A stretch of DNA of 64,000 nucleotides, from assembly GCA_963735595.1 (NCBI GenBank), contig CAVTLK010000004.1:480001-544000 (forward strand). The letters are read 5' to 3'. Below the pieces are notes generated by a model. The model had not been told where the DNA came from. It made no database searches and saw only the letters and a program-made list of their open reading frames with translations. Below, in pieces: positions 42,073-51,755 of this stretch (the first letter of the stretch is position 1; each line of letters starts with the position of its first letter). Source of the stretch: an uncultured delta proteobacterium (lineage in GTDB: Bacteria; Desulfobacterota; Zymogenia; Zymogenales; Zymogenaceae). The position numbers were made by a program, and so were the translations under genes.

Positions 42073-42140
42073 CTGACTATAGAGCACGAACCTTTCACAC
42101 CGCCCTATTCATATCGATAAATTTCCCTATCGGAAAAGGC

Positions 42141-42169
42141 TTGACACTCGCTTAGCATAGACTTATCCT
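42141..42169 (+). promoter_or_regulatory. sigma70 promoter inside the island
   Basis: TTGACA-17nt-TATCCT. Confidence 0.6.
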
Positions 42170-42315
42170 TCGGGAAAAGCGGGGTTTATAGAGGCGATAT
42201 TAATGCCGTCTTTTTGAGGGCACCAACCGGAGGGTTGCCGCGTTTCGCTCTATGAATAAGAGTCAAACGGAGATTTGACCCCTATTCTCCTTATAGAGTC
42301 TAAAAGGAGTCTAAG

Positions 42316-43365
42316 ATGAAAAATATATTCAGCATAGTCCTCTCTATTCACATTCTATTTTTCACGATTAGTCCAATTCCAGTTCTCGCGGGTGAGTATA
42401 AGGGGTTGGAGTTCGCAGTTAGTCCTCAATTTGATGATGCCAAGAGGTTCAGTGAAGGTCTTGCTCGGGTGAAAATCGGTGATAAGTGGGGCTATATCGA
42501 CAAGACGGGAAAGTACGTCGTCAACCCGCAGTTCTTTCGTGCCGAGGATTTCAGCGAGGGCCTGGCTTGGGTAGAAATGGGCGGCGAGCAAGGCTATAAG
42601 TTTGGCTGCATAGACAAGACGGGTAAGTTCGCCATCAACCCGCAGTTCTTTCGTGGCGCGCATTTCAGGGAGGGTCTGGCTTCGGTATGGGTAAAGGTGG
42701 GCACTAAGAAAAGCTATCAGGGTGGCTACATCGACAGGACGGGAAAGTACGTCGTCAACCCGCAGTTCGAAGACGCCTGGGATTTCAGCGAGGGCCTGGC
42801 TCCGGTGAAGTCAAGCGGTAAGTGGGGCTACATCGACAAGACGGGTAAGTACGTCATCAACCCGCAGTTCCATATACCCGGGGATTTCAGTGAGGGCCTG
42901 GCTCGGGTGGAAGTGGGTGGCAAGCGGGGCTACATCGATAAGACGGGAAAGTACGTCGTTAAACCGCAGTTCTTGCGTGCCGAGGGTTTCAGCGAGGGCA
43001 TGGCTCCAGTGGAAGTGGGTGGCAAGTGGGGCTATATCGAGAAGACGGGTAAGTACGTCATCAACCCGCAGTTCGATGGGGCCGGTTATTTTAGTGAGGG
43101 GCTGGCTTCGGTGAAAATCGGTGATAAGTGGGGCTACATCGACAAGACGGGAAAGTACGTCGTTAAACCGCAGTTCGATGGGACCGTTTGTTTCAGCGAG
43201 GGCCTGGCTCCGGTAATGAAATTCGATAAAGGGTGGGGTTACATCGACAAGACGGGGGAGTATGTCCTTAACCTGAACGTGGATTGCGCACGGGAGTTCA
43301 GTGAGGGCCTGGCTCTAGTGAATATAAGCGGTAAGTGGGGCTATATCAAGAATCCACTTAAATAG
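42316..43365 (+). CDS. Secreted WG-repeat (KWG Leptospira-type) protein, 9 repeats
   Basis: Signal peptide; 9x FSEGLA.V....KWGYIDKTG.YV..PQF with ~102-bp DNA period. Confidence 0.93.
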   Translation: MKNIFSIVLSIHILFFTISPIPVLAGEYKGLEFAVSPQFDDAKRFSEGLARVKIGDKWGYIDKTGKYVVNPQFFRAEDFSEGLAWVEMGGEQGYKFGCIDKTGKFAINPQFFRGAHFREGLASVWVKVGTKKSYQGGYIDRTGKYVVNPQFEDAWDFSEGLAPVKSSGKWGYIDKTGKYVINPQFHIPGDFSEGLARVEVGGKRGYIDKTGKYVVKPQFLRAEGFSEGMAPVEVGGKWGYIEKTGKYVINPQFDGAGYFSEGLASVKIGDKWGYIDKTGKYVVKPQFDGTVCFSEGLAPVMKFDKGWGYIDKTGEYVLNLNVDCAREFSEGLALVNISGKWGYIKNPLK

Positions 43366-43442
43366 ATAGAAGATCGAAAAGGGTTCGGAGTCGAAAAGGA
43401 GTCATGTCTTTTGTTGACACTATTTCCCTTCCGTTTTAACTC

Positions 43443-43524
43443 GGAAGGCCGCGTCGGTCTTCGGCGGCCTCTCAATGACGGCGAAGTGGCGAGAAAACGG
43501 ACACGACAAGTCGTGTCCCTACGA
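43443..43524 (-). repeat. Right arm of the element plus a GTAG-type REP
   Basis: gccgcgtcgg...ctcaatgacggcgaagtggcg, then a 31-bp copy identical to 41925-41955. Confidence 0.85.
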
Positions 43525-43663
43525 GTGGTATGGGCGTATCGTGTTTTAACCCGTAGGGGCGGTATTTGTATGTCCCAGGTCTTGATTCCGTCGCCCGCCG
43601 GTGATATACTGACGACCCTTGAGATCCTCTGGAAACTAATATGACCTACTTGCGGAGGCGGTC

Positions 43664-45366
43664 ATGAGAAAAGAAAAGAACTTTTCCCGATGGCCGATAG
43701 GGGCGGCGCGCACCCTTACCTATCCGGAGATACCGGTGCACGGTTTCCTGGACTCGGCGGTCGCCCGCTTTCCCGACACCGTGGCGATGCGTTTTTCCGG
43801 CACGGAGATCACGTACACCGAGTTGGACTCCTCGTCAACCGGTTCGCCCACGCGCTGGCGGCCCGGGGTGTTAAAAAGGGCGACCGGGTGGCGATCCACC
43901 TGCTCAACTGCCCCCAGTTCGCGATCGCCTACTACGCCCTGCTCAGGCTGGGGGCGGTCTTCGTCCCCTGCTCCCCGCTCTTGACCGACCGGGAGCTCGA
44001 ATACCAGATCGCCGATTCCGGCGCCGAGACGCTGATCACCACGGACCTGTTTTTTGCCGTGACCGGAAAGGTCATCGAGCGGCGGCCGGTAAAGAACCTC
44101 ATCGTCACGAGCCTCGCGGATGTGTACCCCCCGCTGACGATCATGACCAAGCCGCTGCGCAAGATCGCCATCGACAAGGGGGAGGACTTCGTCGCCCTGC
44201 TGGAGGAGGGGAGCCCCGACCCGATCTCCGTGCCCGTCGACCCGAAGAAGGACCTGGCGCACCTGGCCTATACGGGGGGGACGACGGGCCTGCCCAAGGG
44301 GGTTATGCTGACGCACTACAATATCGTGTCCAACGTGCTGCAGTGTTTCCATTTCTACAGCCTGGGAAAGCCGGATGTCCGGGACGGCGTCCTGGTTCCT
44401 GACCTCTCGGGCATACCCGCGGGTGTTGATCCGTTGATGAAGCTCAGGATGAAGACGCTCGTCGTGGTGCCGTGGTTTCACGCCATGGGGACGATCGCCT
44501 ACCTCAACCTGCAGCTCTACGCGGGGCATACGATGATCCTGTTCCCGCGGTTTGACCCCGGACCCTTTATCAGGGCGGTGGAAAAGTACGGCGCCGAGGT
44601 GATCGGCGGGGCGCCCCAGCTCTTCATCCAGATGATCGACCACCCCGAGTTTTCACGCACGGACCTTTCCTCCATCAGGGCGGTGATCTCCGGGGCTGCG
44701 CCCCTGCCCGAGCACGTAATGCGGCGCATGATGGGGGCCTTCCCCGGCGTGGTTACGGAGGGCTACGGGATGACAGAGGTGACGCTGGTGGCAACGGCAA
44801 ACCCGGCGGACCGCGCGGCCGTAAAGGTGGGCTCCGTTGGGATGCCGGTCATCGACACCGACGTTACGGTCGTCGATCTGGAAACGGGCGAGCCCGTTGC
44901 CGTCGGCGAGCAGGGGGAACTCTGCATCCGGGGGCCGCAGTGTATGAGAGGTTACTGGAACAGGCCCGAGGAGACCAAGAACGTCCTGATCGACGGCTGG
45001 ATACACTCGGGGGATATCGGTTGTGAGGATGAGGACGGCTATTTCTTCATCACCGACCGAAAGAAGGACATGATCATCTACAAGGGCTATAACGTTTACC
45101 CGCGGGAGCTGGAGGAGATCCTGTTTACCCACCCGGCCGTGCTCCAGTGCGCCGTCATTGGAAAGCTCGACGAGGCCGGCGGCGAGATCCCCGTGGCCTT
45201 TATCCAGCTTGGGCCGGATAAAAAGGCCACCGAGGCCGAGATCATGGACTTCGTCAACGGCTCGGTCGCGGCCTACAAGCACGTGCGCAGGGTCGTTTTT
45301 GTTGAGAGCCTCCCGGTCAACATGGCAGGAAAGGTGCTGAAACGGGAGCTTCGGGAAAAGGTGTAG
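43664..45366 (+). CDS. Long-chain fatty acid-CoA ligase (frameshift at ~43830)
   Basis: LTYPEIPV...ITYTELD joins LVNRFAHAL; YTGGTTGLPKG, GYGMTE, SGDIG, GKVLKRELR. Confidence 0.9.
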
Positions 45367-45490
45367 GGAAGGCGCACGGTTTACGGAACGGATGCGATAG
45401 GCGGAGTGGGCCGATAGGCCGATAAGCTAATAGGCCGAGTTAGCCCCGCCGAGTTAGCCCCGGCGCCAGGGCAGCGATGAGAATGGAGGG

Positions 45491-46552
45491 CTACAGAAAG
45501 ATCCGGGTGAACTTATCTTTCCTGCCGGTGCATTGAAAGAGGGTCTTCTTTGCGGGGATCATCACGACCGAGGCGGAGGTCTTGTAGAACCCCGCGGAGA
45601 TCCGAACCTCGCGCTCCCGATCCAGCAGCAGGTCTCCCAGCCCCTGGGAGTCCCATACCTTTTTCGGCTCGATCATGTCCCAGGCGTTGTCAAGGCGCCG
45701 CTCGCTCACCTCGTAGACCCGTTTCCCGATAAGCTCCGACGGCGCCGTCGGGGGCCAGGTGGTCTCGTGCGGAATGTCGCGCCCCATCATCGCGGGCAGC
45801 AGGAAGTGGCCCGGGGCGACGTGAAAGCCGCTCTTTATTTCTCTTGCTTCCAGCGAGTTGGGAGTTACCTCCGCAACCATGACCGAATAGGCATCGGCGA
45901 CAGCGATCGTCCCCGAAGCGCCCCGCGGCATTGATTCGATCAGCCTGAGTGCGCCGCGGACGTCCCTGCACCGCCGCAGGACCTCCCGTACGATGAGGGA
46001 AAGCGGAATGCTGCCCCTCCCGTCGCCCTCGAAGGGCTTGAGACAAAGGGCCGCTCCCAGGCCGTGATCATTGATCCCCGCCAGCGCCCCCGCCAGAGTG
46101 ATCAGCGAAAGCTCGACATGATAATACGAACCCTTCGGATGGTACCTCCGGGCGACGAGAAACGGCACGAGAAAGACCGGAATATCAATATTCACGCCGA
46201 GGGCGCAAACCCCCTCCGCGAACCGGTCGCAGGCGAGCGCGGCGATCAATGCGGTCGCCGGCGGGACCAGAGAAAACGTAACGCCCATCTCCCGCGACCA
46301 TATCGGCAGGAGGTCTGCGGGATCAAGGACGGCCCCCCGGCAGATCCCCTCGATTCTCTCCTCCTCGTCGGGGAGAAAGGACGACAGCCCCCGCCTGAAG
46401 ACGGCGGGATCGATATTGGGGGTCGCGGAATAGACGTCGGTTATCGCGCCACCCCATATGATCTTTTCGAGGGCGTCCCGGTACGCCCTTCCTTCGTCGA
46501 TCCCGATGGTCCTTTTCTCGCCGGAGAACAGCAGGACGGTCATGGACGGCAC
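45491..46552 (-). CDS. Peptidase C45 / Ntn-hydrolase-like protein, possibly inactive
   Basis: E.IEGI..GA, G.N.D, G.LAGINDHGL, L.VREVL..C..V..A pattern. Confidence 0.65.
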   Translation of the reverse strand: MPSMTVLLFSGEKRTIGIDEGRAYRDALEKIIWGGAITDVYSATPNIDPAVFRRGLSSFLPDEEERIEGICRGAVLDPADLLPIWSREMGVTFSLVPPATALIAALACDRFAEGVCALGVNIDIPVFLVPFLVARRYHPKGSYYHVELSLITLAGALAGINDHGLGAALCLKPFEGDGRGSIPLSLIVREVLRRCRDVRGALRLIESMPRGASGTIAVADAYSVMVAEVTPNSLEAREIKSGFHVAPGHFLLPAMMGRDIPHETTWPPTAPSELIGKRVYEVSERRLDNAWDMIEPKKVWDSQGLGDLLLDREREVRISAGFYKTSASVVMIPAKKTLFQCTGRKDKFTRIFL

Positions 46553-46626
46553 CCGATTTGGGCGTCAAGGGCCTTCGCCCGGCCAGGGAATGCCGATCGG
46601 GATTTGATGAGACGCGGGTAGTGCAT

Positions 46627-47571
46627 CTAATAGCCCTGTTCTTTGAAATACTCGGCCGCGCCCGGATGGAGACGTATCGGGCAGTAGGTTTGCGTCATCG
46701 ATTCGGTCAGGGGGTAGGGGAGCCCCGTCGGCTCCCGTCCGCCGGCCTTTTCGTCTTCGTACAGGCGCGTTAAAACGGCCTTTACTGTTGCCTTGTCAAG
46801 ATCCTGGGAGGCCAGCAGCAGGATCGGCCGGGCAACGGTTTCATAGGGTTCGTCCACGGCGGGATAGCTGTTGCCGGCAACGACATAGGGGAACCAGACA
46901 GGCCACCGATCGCGGATGGCCATTAGTTTATCGTCCGGGACCGTAAGCAGGACCAGATGGGCTCCCATCGTTGAGGTGAGACGGGAAACGGCGGTAATCG
47001 GCACGATTCCCGAAAATACCGCACCGTCAAACGTCCCGTCGACCATCAGCTCGGCGGCGGTGTCGTAGTCCCAATCGTCCCCAACCTCAAAGAAAGATTC
47101 GACCCCCGAAGCGCCGATTATAATCTTGGCGGCATGGGCCTCGGTGTCGTTACCCGGTCCCAGGTAGAGAATCTTGCCCGAAAGAGCGGTGATGTCCTTC
47201 GGATCACGTATTGAGGCTGCCAAGAGGAAATGCTCGACTGATAATCCCACGACGGCCGCCGCCGGCACCCCCCCCTTTTTCGCGGGCGAAAACGTTCCGA
47301 TGCCGAGAGCGGCCTCATAAGCCGACAGGGAATCGACGACCGCAAGGTCCGCCGATCCGGAAACGATGCGTGCGATACTTTCCGTATCGCCGGCCGACTC
47401 GACGGCCTTTACGGTCAGGCTATTATCGCTCAGGATTTCGGCAAGGGTAAATCCGATTCGAGCCGTATCACCGCCGTTGGAACCGACGGCCAGCACCAGT
47501 TCTTCGGCCCTTCCGGTACCGATATACGTCAGGATAAGGAGGATACAGAGAGAAAAGGCCCCTTTTTTCAT
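46627..47571 (-). CDS. TAXI-family TRAP solute-binding protein
   Basis: Signal peptide; ES.G..E.I..I..G.ADLA, DG.FDGA, YP, C-terminal LHPGAAEYFKE.G. Confidence 0.85.
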   Translation of the reverse strand: MKKGAFSLCILLILTYIGTGRAEELVLAVGSNGGDTARIGFTLAEILSDNSLTVKAVESAGDTESIARIVSGSADLAVVDSLSAYEAALGIGTFSPAKKGGVPAAAVVGLSVEHFLLAASIRDPKDITALSGKILYLGPGNDTEAHAAKIIIGASGVESFFEVGDDWDYDTAAELMVDGTFDGAVFSGIVPITAVSRLTSTMGAHLVLLTVPDDKLMAIRDRWPVWFPYVVAGNSYPAVDEPYETVARPILLLASQDLDKATVKAVLTRLYEDEKAGGREPTGLPYPLTESMTQTYCPIRLHPGAAEYFKEQGY

Positions 47572-47746
47572 TGCCTTGCGCCATTTTTTACGGGAATTGT
47601 ATATGATAGACGCCAGAAGTCAAGGCTATTATAGTCACGGCCGCCTATTCGGCGCTACGCAATTAGAGCAATCTAATTGTTTTTTTGTTGACACGCCGCG
47701 ACAGCGAAAGGTACAGTTAACGACATTAATGGATACTCGTCTTGCC

Positions 47747-48411
47747 ATGAGAAGGTTCTTAGCAACCTTTTTCGTTTTTTTGCTCTTTTTCAATTTACTG
47801 TCAGGGATTTCCCGCGCCCGGGAGCTAACCCTCGGCTCCGCTGATTTTCCGAGCGAAGTCGCGGATCTCTTTCGGGCGAAATTCCCCGAGCTTCAGCGGG
47901 AATTCAAGACGCTCGGCGCCGGATGGGCGCAGCTGTTGATCTACCACGAGGCGACGAACGACGAATACAAGGTGACGCTCATCATGCCGCTGGATCGGTC
48001 GACCTTCGGCGTTGACGAACGGCGGGTAACCCGCACGAAGCTGGACTTGAGGCCGTTCGCGCCCTATTTCCTCTCTCTCGATTCGTACCTCAGCGAGGTC
48101 AAAAAGTCGTCGCCCGACCCGGACGTGCGGGCGTTCATATCGCGGATGACGATGAGCATCATGCTCATGAACTGTCGAGGGAGATGCAGATTTTCGAGTT
48201 TTACGGGGAAACGGACTTCTTCATGGGGGTGCGCGAGGCCATTATCTCCCCCAATTTCGTCTTTCAGCGCAGCGGCAAAAAACCGATTACCGTCTACATG
48301 GAGCCGACGGCGGTCGTCACCCAGGTCTTTATCCTGCCGCCGGCCAGGGACGAGAATAAAAAACCGACGGCGGCAAGCCTCATCTATGATTTTTTCTATT
48401 TTCAGTATTGA
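47747..48411 (+). CDS. Exported hypothetical protein (probable frameshift at ~48180)
   Basis: Signal peptide MRRFLATFF; coding-like bias continues in the shifted frame (EMQIFEFYGE...FYFQY*); TTGACA-18-TACAGT upstream. Confidence 0.6.
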
Positions 48412-48576
48412 GGATAACAGGCAAGCATACCGGACCCGCCGGCTGTCTCTCGGGAGCAAGCGGGACGCGGGCCGGACTTTGAGCTCAAATGAGCTGATGA
48501 TTCAATGAAGGAGCAGCGTGTGAGTGGAATGAGCATGTATCACAAGAATAACACCGAAAGGAGGGGGACAGACGCC

Positions 48577-49002
48577 ATGAAAAGTGTAATTCGCCTATCC
48601 TTGCTTCTTTTCGTTTTCGTTTCGGTAGTCTCGATTGCCCAAATCGCCTACGCCCAATGGAATGGGATCGTTCCCTACAAGACCACGCGGGGCGAGGTAC
48701 TGGCGATCCTCGGCGAGCCGTCCTACGATTCGGGACTGGTTATGATCTACGATCAGAACAAGGCCCCCGCCGATACGAATGGGGCCGCGATCTATATCGT
48801 AAACGGCACCGTCACAATGGTTCGGATCATCCCGCTGAATGACGTCTCCGAGGGGGATATCTGCGGCGCCTTCGGGAAACCCGCGACGGTCTCGTTTAAG
48901 AACCCAAATATCGAAGAGCAGGTCTTCAATTCCCCGACAGGGAAGATCTGCGTTATGTTCACCAAACAGGACAAGCGGGCTATTCGCATCGACTATTTTT
49001 AG
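48577..49002 (+). CDS. Exported hypothetical protein
   Basis: AAGGAGG RBS; signal peptide ending AYA; two related T..EV..ILGEP / I...FGKP halves. Confidence 0.75.
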   Translation: MKSVIRLSLLLFVFVSVVSIAQIAYAQWNGIVPYKTTRGEVLAILGEPSYDSGLVMIYDQNKAPADTNGAAIYIVNGTVTMVRIIPLNDVSEGDICGAFGKPATVSFKNPNIEEQVFNSPTGKICVMFTKQDKRAIRIDYF

Positions 49003-49005
49003 CGT

Positions 49006-49809
49006 ATGACCGATCCCACGCAGGCCGCCCCATGGCGGCCTTTTTCATTCATCGGACCCCGGAAGCTGCACAGTGCCGAGTCGGCCGTTCGGCGCACGTT
49101 TGCGGCGTTGCTCGAGCTGATCTTCCCTCCGGTTTGCGTTACGTGCGGGGGATTGATTTCGACGGATCGACGCCACCTCTGTAACGCGTGCCTGGACCGA
49201 ATCGTCCGGATCGGGCGGCCGCTCTGTACCGTCTGCGGCAAGCCCTTCCTGACGGCGGGCGACGACGACCACCTGTGCGGCGCGTGTATGCACAAAAGAC
49301 CCCCGTTCGCCGAAGCTAGGAGTTTCGGCGTATACGGCGGCGTGCTCCTGGAGGCGGTGCACCTGTTCAAGTATCACCACCAGACGGCCCTTTCGTCGGT
49401 CCTATGCAGACTCGCCGCGGCTCACGACTGGGGCAGTCTTGATCCGAAACGATATGACGTCATGGTTCCGGTCCCGCTCCATAAGCGGCGGCTCTATGAG
49501 CGGGGGTTTAACCAGGCGATGCTGTTATGCCGGGGGCTTGGGGATGCGTGGGGAATCGAGGTCGAAGAAACGGGGCTGGCGCGGACGCGGCAGACCGCTG
49601 CCCAGATACGGCTGACGCCCGCCGAACGGGAACAGAACGTCCGGGGGGCCTTTGCGGTGACGGGCGGCGTGTTTAAGGGCAGGCGGGTGCTCCTGGTGGA
49701 TGACGTCTATACCACCGGGGCCACGGTGACGGAGTGTTCCCGGGTTTTGATGGACGCCGGGGCCGAAGCGGTGGGCGTCCTCACGATAGCCCGGGTTGTC
49801 ATTACGTAG
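49006..49809 (+). CDS. comF: ComF family protein (double zinc ribbon plus PRTase)
   Basis: Multiple CxxC; PVPLH..R..ERGFNQA; LLVDDVYTTGAT. Confidence 0.93.
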   Translation: MTDPTQAAPWRPFSFIGPRKLHSAESAVRRTFAALLELIFPPVCVTCGGLISTDRRHLCNACLDRIVRIGRPLCTVCGKPFLTAGDDDHLCGACMHKRPPFAEARSFGVYGGVLLEAVHLFKYHHQTALSSVLCRLAAAHDWGSLDPKRYDVMVPVPLHKRRLYERGFNQAMLLCRGLGDAWGIEVEETGLARTRQTAAQIRLTPAEREQNVRGAFAVTGGVFKGRRVLLVDDVYTTGATVTECSRVLMDAGAEAVGVLTIARVVIT

Positions 49810-49884
49810 GCATCGGGGAGGGCCGCCCGGCCGGGGGCGCCGGACAGATGCCCTGTCCGCGGGTGCGGAACGATTACTTCGAAA

Positions 49885-50385
49885 TTACTTCGGCTCGACC
49901 GTTACCTCGGCCTCCACATAGACTGCCCCGCCCCCGATCTTATCCCGGACGTTGATCTGGATCGTGTAGATGCCGGGTTGGGCCGTATCGAACAACGTGA
50001 TAGTATTGTTTACGGGTACGCTGGCCATTCCCTTCGGCGGGGGGATGCGATCGTCGATCAGGTTTTGGCGCGCCAACACCGAAACGCCTCCCGGATCATT
50101 CATGGTCAGGTCTTCCTGGACCCAGAGATTTCCCTCGGAATCGAGCTGGAATTCGGAAAGAGAAAACCGAATATGTATTTCATCTCCCGGATGAAAGATC
50201 CGGGGATCGGCGGAAGGCCCGTCCTTTTCGTGAGAGATGACCAGGTCTTCGGCGGTAAGCCCGTACGAGGTGATTTTTTCGTTTGATCCCGGGCAGGCCC
50301 AGAGAAAGACGCCGGCAAACAGTATCGATACGAGCACGAGCCGGGATATCCTCACCGGCAGCGCGGTCTTTTCCCCTTTTGTCAT
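49885..50385 (-). CDS. Hypothetical lipoprotein with Ig-like domain
   Basis: Hydrophobic stretch with LWAC; PGIYTIQINVRD. Confidence 0.7.
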   Translation of the reverse strand: MTKGEKTALPVRISRLVLVSILFAGVFLWACPGSNEKITSYGLTAEDLVISHEKDGPSADPRIFHPGDEIHIRFSLSEFQLDSEGNLWVQEDLTMNDPGGVSVLARQNLIDDRIPPPKGMASVPVNNTITLFDTAQPGIYTIQINVRDKIGGGAVYVEAEVTVEPK

Positions 50386-50526
50386 GGTTGTTTCCCCCTT
50401 GTGTTTACTATCGGGCAGCATCCCCGGTATTGTCAAGGGATTTTTTCACGTTTTTTAGCGTTGCTATTGACCGGCTTTTATAGTATTAAATATTGTTCTG
50501 GTAAACATCTGAAGCAGAGGCCTTTT

Positions 50527-51621
50527 ATTATAGATACGCAATCCATCAACCGGATTCTCATTGTCCGCCTCTCGGCGATCGGGGATGTGGTGCGCACCCT
50601 TCCCGCGCTGGCGGTGATCAGGCGGCGGTTTCCGAACGCGTTTATCGCCTGGGTCGTCGAAGAGAAGGCAGGCGAAATCCTCATGGGACGAAAGGACCTC
50701 GATGAGGTAATCGTCTTTCCCCGCCGGTCCCTCGCACGGCAGGCAAAAAACCCCCTTACGCTGTTTCGCGCGGTGGCCACCCTTTACCGGTTTGTGCGGT
50801 ATCTCAAGGCAAAGCGCTTTGACGTGGCCGTCGATTTTCACGGGCTTTTGAAGAGCGCCTTGATTTCCTTTTTTTCGGGTGCGCCGGTCCGTTTCGGATT
50901 CGAGAAGGGATTCGACAAGGAGATGAACCACCTGTTTTCCACGAGGCGCGTTTCTCTTCCCGAGCCGAAGCTCTCCCGCGTCAGTCGCAACCTCCTTATG
51001 GCCGAGGCGCTCTGCGGGCGGGTCGAGACTCCCCGGGTCAGGATAGAGCCCTCCAAAAAGGACAGGGCCGCCGTCGATCGTATGTTGCGGAAAGGGTCCA
51101 CGGGCGACCGTCCCCGCATCATCATTCACCCCGGCACGTCGGCCAAGACCGCCTATAAGCGGTGGGACGCCCGAAAATTCGCCGAAGCCGCCGACCTTGT
51201 CGTCTCCCGTCACGGGGGCGAGGTGATCGTAACCGGGGGACCGGGGGAAGAGACGATCGTGTCGGAGACGGCGCGCCATATGAAACACAATCCCTCCATT
51301 ATCGACGGGCCGCTGTCCCTGCTTGAGCTGGCGGCCCTTTTTGAGACGGCCGACCTCTATATCGGAGGTGACACCGGGCCGACACATATTTCTTCTTTCG
51401 TGGGCACGCCCGTGGTGGCGGTCTTCGGCCCTACCGATCCTGTTGAGAACGAGCCCTATACCGGGACGCCGTTCCGTATAGTGCGCGTTCCGTCGCACTG
51501 TGCCCCGTGCCGGGAAAAGACGTGCACGCGCGCCGACTGCTTTGACGGGATTACCCCCCTGATGGTGGCCCAGGCCGCCGGAGAGCTCCTGGCCGAAACG
51601 GGGAAGACCGGCAGCCGGTAA
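50527..51621 (+). CDS. GT9 LPS heptosyltransferase family (start uncertain)
   Basis: ILIVRLSAIGDVV, DFHGLLKSA, IHPG...KRW, GGDTGPTH, AVFGPT. Confidence 0.9.
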   Translation: MIDTQSINRILIVRLSAIGDVVRTLPALAVIRRRFPNAFIAWVVEEKAGEILMGRKDLDEVIVFPRRSLARQAKNPLTLFRAVATLYRFVRYLKAKRFDVAVDFHGLLKSALISFFSGAPVRFGFEKGFDKEMNHLFSTRRVSLPEPKLSRVSRNLLMAEALCGRVETPRVRIEPSKKDRAAVDRMLRKGSTGDRPRIIIHPGTSAKTAYKRWDARKFAEAADLVVSRHGGEVIVTGGPGEETIVSETARHMKHNPSIIDGPLSLLELAALFETADLYIGGDTGPTHISSFVGTPVVAVFGPTDPVENEPYTGTPFRIVRVPSHCAPCREKTCTRADCFDGITPLMVAQAAGELLAETGKTGSR

Positions 51622-51755
51622 GGTGTATAATTGCTTTAACGGTGCCGGGATTTATATCCGGGATGGTCTCGATACCGGCGCTTTATTGCGGACGACGGCG
51701 GTAATGCGGGACGGGTCGCCTCTTTGATCGGTGTGTATAAAGGGAGAACAACCCG

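Noticed and set aside
42420..43350. Repeat/variable alternation resembling a CRISPR array or DGR target
   Set aside because: The units are in-frame codon repeats of one protein with 15-18 nt variable parts; there are no cas genes, no reverse transcriptase and no separate template copy in the window.
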